The notes under the pieces were generated by a model. The model was given only the letters and a program-made list of their open reading frames with translations, was not told the origin of the DNA and did not search any database. From the IMG/VR virus record IMGVR_UViG_3300029288_000146: 20,000 bases of DNA. One strand, written 5' to 3'. Shown here in pieces: positions 1 to 8,350 of this stretch (positions are counted from its first letter, which is position 1; the number at the start of each line of letters is the position of its first letter). Source of the DNA: an uncultured virus (IMG/VR IMGVR_UViG_3300029288_000146). Its lineage: Duplodnaviria > Heunggongvirae > Uroviricota > Caudoviricetes. Made by a program: the position numbers and the translations under genes.

Positions 1-566
1 GCGGGTGAGTACGTCTGCGGCTTGACCTCGCTCATCACCAGTCGCCCGCCGCGTACCACCATCAGCTCCGGTGGCACGATCCCCATGTACATCAGCAGGT
101 CGATCACGGCTTGCGAGCAGAACATGGCATGGCGGCTGCGGTATCCGCTGAATAGGCTGGTGACGGCGAAGGGTAGGCCAAGGTAGCTGTAACCCCACGT
201 TACGTGGTCATTCCACCAGTGCGCCCACTTCTTGTGGTTCCACTCGTACCGCTCACTCAACGGGTAACAATCGACCGCCCCAGGATATGCAGCAAGACGC
301 GTGGTTAGGGGAGCGGCATGGATACCCGGCCTGCCAGCATAAAACTCCACAACCGCAAGCCGGTCAAACATCTGGCACACCATCGCCGCATGGACGTACT
401 GCCAGTAGCCGTCTGGTTGCGGGCCGGATGACTTGATGAGCTGGCAGATGGCGATGCACCAGTGGGCGAGCCAGGTGGTTATGCCACGGATGCCGTAGCC
501 GTGGAGTGCTTGGCGTAGGGTCAGGCGGCGAAAGAGGAGCAGGGAGCCGGGGGTGGGGGTGGTCAT
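1..566 (-). CDS. Permuted papain-like (YiiX/YaeF, C92 / permuted NlpC/P60) amidase-type enzyme, 3' end outside the window
   Basis: Not in the ORF track because there is no stop in the window. My translation from ATG 566 (ATGA overlap with the 563-802 stop): MTTPTPGSLLLFRR...YWQYVHAAMV...VVEFY...WGYSYLGL...AMFCSQAVIDLL...TYSP. This gives the family order PG(D/S)LLLF, catalytic His (HAAM), Glu (VVE), Y(S/D)Y, FCS(E/Q) Cys and a terminal SP. Confidence 0.8.
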   Translation of the reverse strand, partial: MTTPTPGSLLLFRRLTLRQALHGYGIRGITTWLAHWCIAICQLIKSSGPQPDGYWQYVHAAMVCQMFDRLAVVEFYAGRPGIHAAPLTTRLAAYPGAVDCYPLSERYEWNHKKWAHWWNDHVTWGYSYLGLPFAVTSLFSGYRSRHAMFCSQAVIDLLMYMGIVPPELMVVRGGRLVMSEVKPQTYSP

Positions 567-802
567 GCTGGCAATCCCCTGAGTCTGCCGATTACCTCTA
601 GGGCGTCGGGGAGTCCGGGGAAGGGTAGCAGCACGGATTCATCAACGTGGCTCATGCCCTCATTCACAACCCAAATGTAGTGTCCAAAATCCGTCTCCGG
701 GCCTTGGCAGGTGTCGCTGGTGAGGATGCACACCTTGCCGTGCAGCCAACTACCAGGCAAATCGCAGATGTACAACTTGCCCACTTTGAGGTTTGCGTTC
801 AT
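563..802 (-). CDS. Hypothetical protein, 79 aa (possibly a small SH3/KOW-like barrel)
   Basis: ATGA overlaps on both sides and GGGGAG SD upstream. The fold guess from LKVGKLY...GKVC is weak. Confidence 0.65.
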   Translation of the reverse strand: MNANLKVGKLYICDLPGSWLHGKVCILTSDTCQGPETDFGHYIWVVNEGMSHVDESVLLPFPGLPDALEVIGRLRGLPA

Positions 803-1020
803 GGTTGCTCCCCGCCGCCGAGTTTCGCCAGCAGCTTATTGATCTTCTTTAGCAGCTTGAGGATTAACTGACGGTCTTCGGGTGCCAGTCGGTATTCGTA
901 GACTTCCAAGTCTTTGATGCCGATGGATGGTATGGTGTCGTAAGGAGCGGGTACTGGTGTGGTGTCAAAAGGTGGTCTGCTCGGGATACCCACTCCATAG
1001 GCAACGGTGAAATTACTCAT
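799..1020 (-). CDS. Hypothetical protein, 73 aa, basic amphipathic C-terminal helix
   Basis: ATGA overlaps on both sides; AAGGAG SD upstream. Confidence 0.65.
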   Translation of the reverse strand: MSNFTVAYGVGIPSRPPFDTTPVPAPYDTIPSIGIKDLEVYEYRLAPEDRQLILKLLKKINKLLAKLGGGEQP

Positions 1021-1232
1021 AGCCGCTCCTTCCGCGAGTCCATGCAGATTGTTGTGGCCTCAACCGTCAACGCCAAGGCGTCTCGTGGAGACCTATCCGC
1101 CCGCACGTAATGCCCATAGGCCGGGGCGTAAGCATCGCAGTACCAAATCTGCTCATCGAAGTCATAGTGCAAGTGGTACTGCCAGGAATGCGATCCTTCA
1201 CACTTGTTGGGTCTGCTGGTCTTTTTACTCAT
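1017..1232 (-). CDS. Small protein resembling the HicB N-terminal domain (71 aa)
   Basis: Preferred ATG 1232 (MSKKT) overlaps the upstream stop. YHLHYDFDEQIWYCDAY...DRSPRDALALTVEA resembles the HicB beta-beta-beta-helix pattern (w.a..p......g.t.eeAl....ea). Confidence 0.4.
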   Translation of the reverse strand: MSKKTSRPNKCEGSHSWQYHLHYDFDEQIWYCDAYAPAYGHYVRADRSPRDALALTVEATTICMDSRKERL

Positions 1233-1950
1233 ACATGAACTCCAGGTTCGCCCGTTCATACTGGTTCGGCCGGGGTTGCAGCGCCCTGTACACCATCATT
1301 CCGGGTGTGGTTCCCGTCCGGTCGTCATTCAGCCCGCCCCACCAATGCCCGCCCTCGTGCCAGTTGATGATGTCCCACACCTTGCGGGCGGCAATCGGCC
1401 AGTCAGTCCGGCCAGCAGCGGCGTAGTCAGCTCGTAACTGCTCGATGGTGTAGACGTTCAGGTGACACTCAGCGCCACGCATGACGCGGTTCTTCACGTT
1501 GGCATAGACGATGCCGTTGTAACTGGTTCCCGCTGCGGGTGCGGTGGAGCTGGTGATTTTCGCGCCGGTGCGGAAGTCGTCTGTGAACTGCCGACAAGCG
1601 GATGTGGATCGCGGCCACTTCTGGCAGTAGAAATGGATCGCTACGTCAGCGGTCTCGGGGTTGTCCACCTGGATGATGTCAAGGCCGATGTCGCGTGCGT
1701 AGACCTTGATATCCTCAAGGTGGCCCTGGGTCTCGCACATGGCGAACTGGAGCGATATGGGGTCGGGCGTGGTCTCGCCGTAGCACTTGGTTGTGTCAAG
1801 GTAGACCGAGATCGAGTCCGATGTCCAACAGCCAACAGGTTCAGGAACGCGGTCAGGGTATGGGCGGGAATCCCAATCGAGGCCGGTTCCGCCGGATGGA
1901 CAGCCGCGCAGTATCACCAGAAACGCGAATAAGGAAAGCGTTATTCGCAT
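1225..1950 (-). CDS. Putative lipoprotein zinc metalloprotease (zincin/metzincin-like), 241 aa
   Basis: Start reassigned to ATG 1950 (GGAGG at 1956-1960). N-terminus MRITLSLFAFLVILRGC is a signal peptide with a lipobox-like LRGC. C-terminal HEGGHWWGGLND is followed by a Met-turn-like GMM. Confidence 0.75.
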   Translation of the reverse strand: MRITLSLFAFLVILRGCPSGGTGLDWDSRPYPDRVPEPVGCWTSDSISVYLDTTKCYGETTPDPISLQFAMCETQGHLEDIKVYARDIGLDIIQVDNPETADVAIHFYCQKWPRSTSACRQFTDDFRTGAKITSSTAPAAGTSYNGIVYANVKNRVMRGAECHLNVYTIEQLRADYAAAGRTDWPIAARKVWDIINWHEGGHWWGGLNDDRTGTTPGMMVYRALQPRPNQYERANLEFMYE

Positions 1951-1975
1951 TTGGGCCTCCGGATGAGAATAAGAT

Positions 1976-2473
1976 TCATCGCTCCCCCCTGATCTCTTGG
2001 TACTCCCGCTTCGCCCGGCCACGTACCGACCACGGTTTCCAGCCTTGCGCGGCAAAGAGAATGCAGCCGAACAGCAGCCGGTCGGGCTCACTATCGAAGT
2101 CGAGCCCCATATCCCGCATGGCCTCTCGATGCAGCGGGTGTATTTGGATGAGTCCGGCGCAGTGAGTGGATGGATTGATGGACGCGGGATCGAGCGTGGA
2201 TTCGTACCGCGCAATGACCGCGAACATCAGGGGGTCAAGGTTCCCGCCATGGCGTTCGCAAGCTGTTGTGAGCATCCGGGCGATGGATTCGGCTTGTTCG
2301 GGATACCGGGCGTGGGCGGCGATGTAGTTGATGAGGGTGCGGTCGGGTGCGGGATCGGCAAGCCGCTCAGCTCGCGATGTGATTCCCCGCCATGCGTCAT
2401 GCGCGGCCTCTCTCACACGGAGTTCTCCGCTGGTCATCACCAGACACGCGCACAACGCCAGTCCTTTCCACAT
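1976..2473 (-). CDS. Lytic transglycosylase (SLT/lysozyme-like fold), probable endolysin
   Basis: Motifs AVIARYES (catalytic Glu), AGLIQI and GWKPW; hydrophobic N-terminus MWKGLALCACLVMTSG. Start uncertain (frame is open to 2584). Confidence 0.8.
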   Translation of the reverse strand: MWKGLALCACLVMTSGELRVREAAHDAWRGITSRAERLADPAPDRTLINYIAAHARYPEQAESIARMLTTACERHGGNLDPLMFAVIARYESTLDPASINPSTHCAGLIQIHPLHREAMRDMGLDFDSEPDRLLFGCILFAAQGWKPWSVRGRAKREYQEIRGER

Positions 2474-2508
2474 CACGGTCTGTAACTTACGGTGGCATCC
2501 CCCTTGTT

Positions 2509-2637
2509 TTAGGGGTGTCTGAGTCCGCTTATCTTCTGGTATAGCAGCACCACCAGGGCGAGCAACACAAGGACGGCGCACCACCAGGGAGCCAGTGGGT
2601 CATGGGACGCGCGGTCAACGACCAGTTGCGTCAGCAT
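2509..2637 (-). CDS. Small single-pass membrane protein, 42 aa
   Basis: Below the ORF-track cutoff. Translation MLTQLVVDRASHDPLAPWWCAVLVLLALVVLLYQKISGLRHP*; ATG overlaps the upstream stop (ATGCTGA); one clear hydrophobic segment. Confidence 0.6.
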   Translation of the reverse strand: MLTQLVVDRASHDPLAPWWCAVLVLLALVVLLYQKISGLRHP

Positions 2638-2855
2638 GGCTTGGGGAATCCCATGCGCGACGGGTGTTCGGTGTCGTCGTCATGGTAGACGCTTTCGGGG
2701 TCGCCGTCCGGGCCTAGATCGGCCATCCCCGCGCAACCCGGAGCTATGGCGTTGTCATCGTGTTGGGGAACGCCGCCGTCGTCAATCTGGATCATGCGCG
2801 CATCCGGGTCGATGGTGATTGCCACGTCGCCCACGTCAATCCTTACGACTGTCAT
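2631..2855 (-). CDS. Acidic hypothetical protein, 74 aa
   Basis: Start reassigned to ATG 2855 (MTVVRIDV): ATGA overlap with the holin-like stop and GGGGGGAG SD. Confidence 0.6.
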   Translation of the reverse strand: MTVVRIDVGDVAITIDPDARMIQIDDGGVPQHDDNAIAPGCAGMADLGPDGDPESVYHDDDTEHPSRMGFPKPC

Positions 2856-3112
2856 TGCTCCCCCCTCATGTCCGGCGGTTTCCACCGGATGCTGTACCGG
2901 CTGGCTGTGAGGCCGAGGATGCCCACGAGGTAAACCGTGGTCAGCTCCCAGCCCGGTGTCCATTCAGGGTTGCAGATTCGACAGGCCGTCCATGCCAGCG
3001 GACAGACCAGCGCCAGGAACACTAGCGCGAAATCCAGAGCTGCACCCGCAAGAGGACTAGGCCGAGTACCATTAGACCCGCCCCCCCGTATGCCAGACTT
3101 ATTTGTAACCAT
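2852..3112 (-). CDS. Two-TM membrane protein, holin-like
   Basis: Two hydrophobic segments (ALDFALVFLALVCPLAW; LTTVYLVGILGLTA), charged C-terminus, located between the tail genes and the transglycosylase. Confidence 0.5.
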   Translation of the reverse strand: MVTNKSGIRGGGSNGTRPSPLAGAALDFALVFLALVCPLAWTACRICNPEWTPGWELTTVYLVGILGLTASRYSIRWKPPDMRGEQ

Positions 3113-3136
3113 CCCTCCATCTCTCCCCCGCTTGTA

Positions 3137-4615
3137 TTAGTCAACCCAGATTTCGACTGCCATCCAGTCGATATCTACGAACGTGTCGAACCTGTCCATA
3201 TCGCTGGCAAGCGCCACGCCCTGCGCGTCCAAGAAGATGCGCAGGTTGTTGGTCCAGCCCCCCACGTCGGTTCCTGCTGCCGCTATCGTTACCTCCTGCC
3301 ATGTGTTGTCCGCCACGGCGGCTTTCACATCCGCACTAACGACCTTGCATGTGTTGTCGCCGCTGCCGTCACAGAGGCCCAGCTTGACGCTGGTGAAGTG
3401 CGCGTTGTCGCTGAGACGAATGCGCGCCTTGGCGATGATCCGGCAGTTACCCGCACGGTCGCTGCCGTCGCCGAACTTACGGAAACTCGCGCACACCAGC
3501 AGGTCGGATTGCACGCAGGTTTCCGCCCCGTCGTTTCGCATGGCTGTCCATGCCCAGTCGCCGTGGCAATCATCGACTTGGGTATTGGCGCGGTCGTAGG
3601 TAATCACCGGGGTTGCCATGATCGGCGCCACGCCGGTCACACGGGCGGTGCCGGACTGGTCTTCGCGCCAGGAGCAGGTGCTTCCGTTGCCGGGGTTGAC
3701 GACCGCTTGGGCTGCGAGCATCGGGCCAGTCCATGTCATTTTCGTCTGGCAAGTCAGGTCGTGAACATTGCCGCCCTCGTCGGTGAGGAATAGCTTGTGG
3801 TCTTCCCATGCGTTGGCGCTGGCGTCAGCAAGGAATACGCGGCCATCGGCTGACGCTGGGGATGCGGGGTGGGCGGATTGCTGAAAGAAGTCTCCCCAAG
3901 CACCAATTTTGGTACGGTCGAAGTATCCGCCATAGGCAACGTTGTGATTACTGCCCGTTGCTCCCCGGACTCCATATCCCTGGCCCGTGACGTGGTTATG
4001 TAACCCATACACGCCCATCCCGCCCGTTGCGTCAGTGACTCCGTATACCCCCCCACCATCAGAGGAATCGGGGTGATCCTGTTCTCCACGCACGCCATAA
4101 CTTACGTTCTGATCGGCGGTCGTGAGACCAAGGATGGCTGGCCCCGCCGCCGAACTGCTGGTAATGTTGACTACATCATTCGCCGTCGCCGGACTCAATG
4201 TGGTTCCGGTGCGCGACCAGGCCGTGTTGATCGTCACGGTGTCGGTAGCGGTGACTGGCGTGCTGAGAATACCAGTACCAGCGGCAATCGTGATTGTGTT
4301 GCCATCGTCTAGTTGCTCGGAACCCGATGAGCCCGCGAGATGCAGGTGGGTCAAGCCCCCAGCAGCGGCCCATGACGTATTCCCGCTGCCGTCGGTCTTC
4401 AGGAACTGGTTGGCGTCGCCGTCGTTCGCGGGTAACGTGAAAGACCAGGAGGCATCGAGCGCCGGGAGGTCGATGGTAACAGCATTTCCGGCGGCGTCGT
4501 AGATGGTAATGGTTCCGGCGGTCTTGGATATGTTTTCCGTGGTGTCATCGCCCACATGGAAATGGCCACTGGCGACAACCACCGGGGAACCTTCGATGTA
4601 ATTAGGATCAGGCAT
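3137..4615 (-). CDS. Tail fibre / receptor-binding protein, 492 aa
   Basis: FTLPANDGDANQFLKTDGSGNTSW is a typical fibre segment; GV(Y/R)G repeats; beta-rich C-terminal domain; last tail gene; TAATG overlap with the upstream gene. Confidence 0.7.
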   Translation of the reverse strand: MPDPNYIEGSPVVVASGHFHVGDDTTENISKTAGTITIYDAAGNAVTIDLPALDASWSFTLPANDGDANQFLKTDGSGNTSWAAAGGLTHLHLAGSSGSEQLDDGNTITIAAGTGILSTPVTATDTVTINTAWSRTGTTLSPATANDVVNITSSSAAGPAILGLTTADQNVSYGVRGEQDHPDSSDGGGVYGVTDATGGMGVYGLHNHVTGQGYGVRGATGSNHNVAYGGYFDRTKIGAWGDFFQQSAHPASPASADGRVFLADASANAWEDHKLFLTDEGGNVHDLTCQTKMTWTGPMLAAQAVVNPGNGSTCSWREDQSGTARVTGVAPIMATPVITYDRANTQVDDCHGDWAWTAMRNDGAETCVQSDLLVCASFRKFGDGSDRAGNCRIIAKARIRLSDNAHFTSVKLGLCDGSGDNTCKVVSADVKAAVADNTWQEVTIAAAGTDVGGWTNNLRIFLDAQGVALASDMDRFDTFVDIDWMAVEIWVD

Positions 4616-5268
4616 TAGCTCGCCACCTCAAAGTAAGTAACCCGGAAATCACACGCCGCGCCTCTATCGGCGGTTGTCACCTTCAAGCGCACATTGCCGC
4701 TATCGACATCCGCAGTCAAACCCGTACCATCTACTAGCGGCCTGCCATCCCCCATCATCTTCCGTTCCCAGCCAATCACATGCGCGGCCGTGGCATAAGC
4801 AACGACCGTGCAGCGCCCGCCCTCAACGTAGTTCATCCCCCCGGACGCCGTGGCGGCGCTGTAGGCTAGCTGGAAGGTCATTGATGTGTTGATATCTCCC
4901 AAGGTGATGTTTGTGGTGGTGTTGTTGGCGCAGGACTCATCAAGGCGCGCAAGGATGGGACCGCTGTAGCCGTACTCGAATCCCGCATCCCCCGAGACTT
5001 CCGATGTTTCGGTCAGGGTCAGCGGGCTCGCGGCGCGAAGCACGATATCCCCGGTGCGTTCGGTGCCGCCGTCGGTCTTCCGCAGGGATAACACTCCGCT
5101 GTTGGGAACCGCACTGACACCCCCACCGCCACCCGACGCTCTGCCACCGGCCGCTCCCCGAAGATCGGCGCTGATCTTCTTGCGTTTGAACAGCGCATTG
5201 AAGCGGTCGTCAATCATCCGCGCGATCCGCGCCGCGTCCCCCTCAAACACTCTCCCGCGCTCGCCCAC
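4615..5268 (-). CDS. Minor tail / fibre-associated protein, 217 aa
   Basis: GTG start with GGGGGAG SD; Gly linker followed by GVLSL...TGDIVL fibre-like motif; beta-rich C-terminus; gene order. Confidence 0.6.
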   Translation of the reverse strand: MGERGRVFEGDAARIARMIDDRFNALFKRKKISADLRGAAGGRASGGGGGVSAVPNSGVLSLRKTDGGTERTGDIVLRAASPLTLTETSEVSGDAGFEYGYSGPILARLDESCANNTTTNITLGDINTSMTFQLAYSAATASGGMNYVEGGRCTVVAYATAAHVIGWERKMMGDGRPLVDGTGLTADVDSGNVRLKVTTADRGAACDFRVTYFEVAS

Positions 5269-5277
5269 TCTCCCCCC

Positions 5278-8200
5278 TTACGTCGCGCTGGCTACTTCTT
5301 CAGCCGTGACGTTGTACTGTCTCGTTTGCAGTGTTTGGTCGAATCCGTTAAAGGTAATCCCCATGACTATCTCGGGTTCTCGTAAACTACTCGCCACTAC
5401 CTGCATGTGGAGCTTCACTCCGGGTTCCCACGGCGAACAAACCACCTCGCCGTCTTCAGCATTGAGCTGATGTTCATATAACCTACTCACGGCGATCTGT
5501 TGCGCATCCCAACCATCGAGCGCCATCTCTTCCTCGATGATGTCCTCTGGGCTCACGTACTCCATCATCCGCTCTAAGGCATTGATGGCGAAGAGGTCGC
5601 GCCAGACACCGTTGAGGTCGAGCATCCAGCGCCGCAGTCCCCCGAGTTCGTCACCATCCGCGAGTCCGGCGGGGAGCGCGGTGGTCATTACCACATCGGC
5701 ACCCGAGACGCTATCGACCGTACAGGTGGCAGTGAATGGCAGGCCGTCCGATGTATCCCAGAAGCTCACGGTATCCCCGGCCGTGTACTTAGCCGCTAGT
5801 TGGGCTCCGCTGTGGGTAGCCGATGCCGCGAGAGTCACAGTGTTGGCTCCCGCCGTGACGGTTCCGATGATGCCGCCCTGATCGGTCAGGGAAGCGAACG
5901 GCCGCTGGTCGATGTACGGCGTGATCTGCCCAGTGGGTGAACCGGCTGTGGCGGAACTGTTCTCGTCATTGGCGGTGTAGCGAATGTCGGGTTTCCGGTA
6001 AGCCTGGAAGTCAAGCACCGGTATATCCCGCCGGCGGGTTGGGGTGTTACCCGAGCCCTCGCCCTGCTTGTAAAAGAACGGGCGGTCGCACACGAGGCGG
6101 ATATACCTAAAGCGTTTAATGAGGTCGCAGTCGAATAGCGCCTCGCCGCTGTTGGGCTTCTGAGGGTCGAACTGCCGTCCGGCGAGCTGCTTGGAACACG
6201 GCGCATAGGAGTCGGCGGGAGCTGAGGCGCTACGCACAGTGGCGGTGAACATCGGAAGCTCGTGCTGGATATACGAGGAGAACAACTCGGCGTCGATGTA
6301 GTCTTCGCAGTAACCCACGCGCAGTAGGATTTGGTCAACGTCAGTGTCAGCTCCCAAGTCCCATTCGGCCACCGTCCAAGGAACCGTGAACCCCCAGTCT
6401 TCGGGGTCGGTATCCACCAGCCCAGCCCCCGTCCTTTCCCGGTAGATAACGTAGCCGGTGTCGGGAGTGTTGTCGCACATGCCGTACTCGGGGTGCGCAG
6501 CATCGCTGTGGTTTCCCCATTCGCTGGCGGATGTCGGCGGGTCGATGTCGAAGTTGTTGTACGAGAGGTTGGCGGAGGTTAGCAGCGGAAAGACCTGATC
6601 GGCCGTGGAAATCACTTCAACGCGGCGGTATTGGGTTTCCATGGTCGTCACATGGTCGATGGAGATTTTGCGGTTGGAGATATCGATGGCATAGGCGTAG
6701 ACATAATCATTCGCCACCATGGCTGTGGCGTCCCCCACCACGGTTATGCACTCGCTTGCATACGTGATCTCTTCGATGTCGAAAAACTCATAGGTTCCGG
6801 AGCTGTTCTTCCACGTGATGGTTTCACCCGGGTAGAAGCCATCCACATCATCCAGGCGGATATCCGTATACCCTGTGGCTCCAGCGGCAACAGACGAGAC
6901 GACTCCACGTGTCTGCCGGACTTGACGCCCGCGCACGACGTTGTTCTCCGCATCGAGCCAGACGTGGTAGTTACGGGGTAGGAGGTTGTTGTCGTACATC
7001 CACTGGAGCAGGCTGGCGATGGTTCCCTCTTCCTTGTCCCACGTCAGACGTTGAACCTGTAGGCCCGTGTACTCAAGCGTCGGGTACGTCAGACTGCCGG
7101 ATGCCGCGAGTCCGCTGAAGTCGTTGTCCTCGTCGTCGTTGACGATCATCAGGGTTGTGGTGTCGCGGATTTCGCGGATGAAGTAGGTGGCGCCGCCGAT
7201 AACAATGTCCGTGTAGTTGGCGAGCCCCGCAGTGGTATCCCCGCCAGTCAGGGTAATCGCGCAGGCGTTGTGCTTCCCCCCGAGGATTCGCATGTCCGCG
7301 ATGAGCCCCGTGGGAGCGCTGTGCAGAGTTAGCGTGTCCCCGGCGATGGAGTCTACGGTGTTTGTTTGTGCGGTTCCCCATAGGTCGGTATAGGTGATGG
7401 TGCCTGAGGGAGCGAAGCCCCCGCCGTCCGAAACCACAATGTCGGCGCCACTCACCGAGATAACCCGCATACCCTCGTCTATGCGGTCGGTGATGTATTC
7501 CTCGCTGCCTTTCGTATAGGAGAGGGTCAGGTTGAGCTGGGCGGTCGTGAACCCCCCTCCGCCAGCGGAGCTATCGGGATCGCCCGCGAAGATCGTCCGC
7601 AGGATGTTCTCGACGGTGTTTTCCGAAGTGTTCCGCGATGGATAGATGGGGTTCTGGAAGAAGATCGCGCGGGCGATGTATGTCCATTCTCCCGGTCCCG
7701 GTGTTGCGGGTCCTGCGTCAGCGAAGTATTTTGGCATGGCCTCGCCGTCGTCCACCTGGGCGGAACGGAACACCAGTTCCTTGCGCGCGTAGCCGACTTC
7801 GTACTCCGACATCGTGAACCAGTAGTCGGACTCCCCGGTTTTCCGCCGGCGGAGAAACACCAGCGGGGACTTGTCCATGTCCTCACGGGGAATGTAGTGG
7901 ACACCATCGGGATCGCCCTCATGGAGTTCCGCGCGCACGCAGTATTGCTCGGGGTCGCCGGAGCCGCTGCCGTCGTCCTTGAAGAACAGGTAAAGGGTTT
8001 TGGAGAGCGTCTGGGATGTGGCGTTCAGCAGGCAGCGCTGGCGGTCGAGACGGTAGAGGTGGTCGGCGCACGAGAGCTGGACGTACTTGCCGATGTTCTC
8101 TTCCGGGACGGGCTTGTCAACGATGATCCCCCTAAGCTGCTCATACGTGGTGCTGTCGTCTTCCCGGACGGCTGTGAGGATGATTTCCTCGCCCACATGA

Positions 8201-8349
8201 ATCTTCCCACTGCCCTCAAGATACTGATCGGTTTGAACGACCAGGGACGCGGTGCCACACAGGGAGTCCGGCGACACTTGGACGTTTTCCACCTCAGCGT
8301 CGGTGGAGTAATCCGTCCCCCCGATTGTAACTTTCCATTTGTCGCGCAT
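5278..8349 (-). CDS. Large tail-tip (baseplate hub / Tal-like) protein, 1023 aa, with inserted beta-domains
   Basis: Second gene after the TMP. N-terminus WKVTIGGTDY...GEEIIL...LRGII...VQLSCADHLYRL matches the hub-protein pattern; internal repeats and a discoidin-like region. Confidence 0.7.
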   Translation of the reverse strand: MRDKWKVTIGGTDYSTDAEVENVQVSPDSLCGTASLVVQTDQYLEGSGKIHVGEEIILTAVREDDSTTYEQLRGIIVDKPVPEENIGKYVQLSCADHLYRLDRQRCLLNATSQTLSKTLYLFFKDDGSGSGDPEQYCVRAELHEGDPDGVHYIPREDMDKSPLVFLRRRKTGESDYWFTMSEYEVGYARKELVFRSAQVDDGEAMPKYFADAGPATPGPGEWTYIARAIFFQNPIYPSRNTSENTVENILRTIFAGDPDSSAGGGGFTTAQLNLTLSYTKGSEEYITDRIDEGMRVISVSGADIVVSDGGGFAPSGTITYTDLWGTAQTNTVDSIAGDTLTLHSAPTGLIADMRILGGKHNACAITLTGGDTTAGLANYTDIVIGGATYFIREIRDTTTLMIVNDDEDNDFSGLAASGSLTYPTLEYTGLQVQRLTWDKEEGTIASLLQWMYDNNLLPRNYHVWLDAENNVVRGRQVRQTRGVVSSVAAGATGYTDIRLDDVDGFYPGETITWKNSSGTYEFFDIEEITYASECITVVGDATAMVANDYVYAYAIDISNRKISIDHVTTMETQYRRVEVISTADQVFPLLTSANLSYNNFDIDPPTSASEWGNHSDAAHPEYGMCDNTPDTGYVIYRERTGAGLVDTDPEDWGFTVPWTVAEWDLGADTDVDQILLRVGYCEDYIDAELFSSYIQHELPMFTATVRSASAPADSYAPCSKQLAGRQFDPQKPNSGEALFDCDLIKRFRYIRLVCDRPFFYKQGEGSGNTPTRRRDIPVLDFQAYRKPDIRYTANDENSSATAGSPTGQITPYIDQRPFASLTDQGGIIGTVTAGANTVTLAASATHSGAQLAAKYTAGDTVSFWDTSDGLPFTATCTVDSVSGADVVMTTALPAGLADGDELGGLRRWMLDLNGVWRDLFAINALERMMEYVSPEDIIEEEMALDGWDAQQIAVSRLYEHQLNAEDGEVVCSPWEPGVKLHMQVVASSLREPEIVMGITFNGFDQTLQTRQYNVTAEEVASAT

Positions 8350-8350
8350 G

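Noticed and set aside
1951..2214. N-terminal extensions in the ORF track (e.g. 2214, 2963, 16394, 17719, 19255 starts)
   Set aside because: Most overlap upstream genes extensively; internal starts have a better SD or stop-start coupling and begin at the recognisable domain.
2529..2636. Cys-TGA at the end of the 74-aa ORF followed by a Cys-rich in-frame tail (second possible Sec site)
   Set aside because: The tail (…LCCSPWWCC…) is better explained as the off-frame reading of the Leu/Val-rich 42-aa membrane ORF that starts in the overlap.
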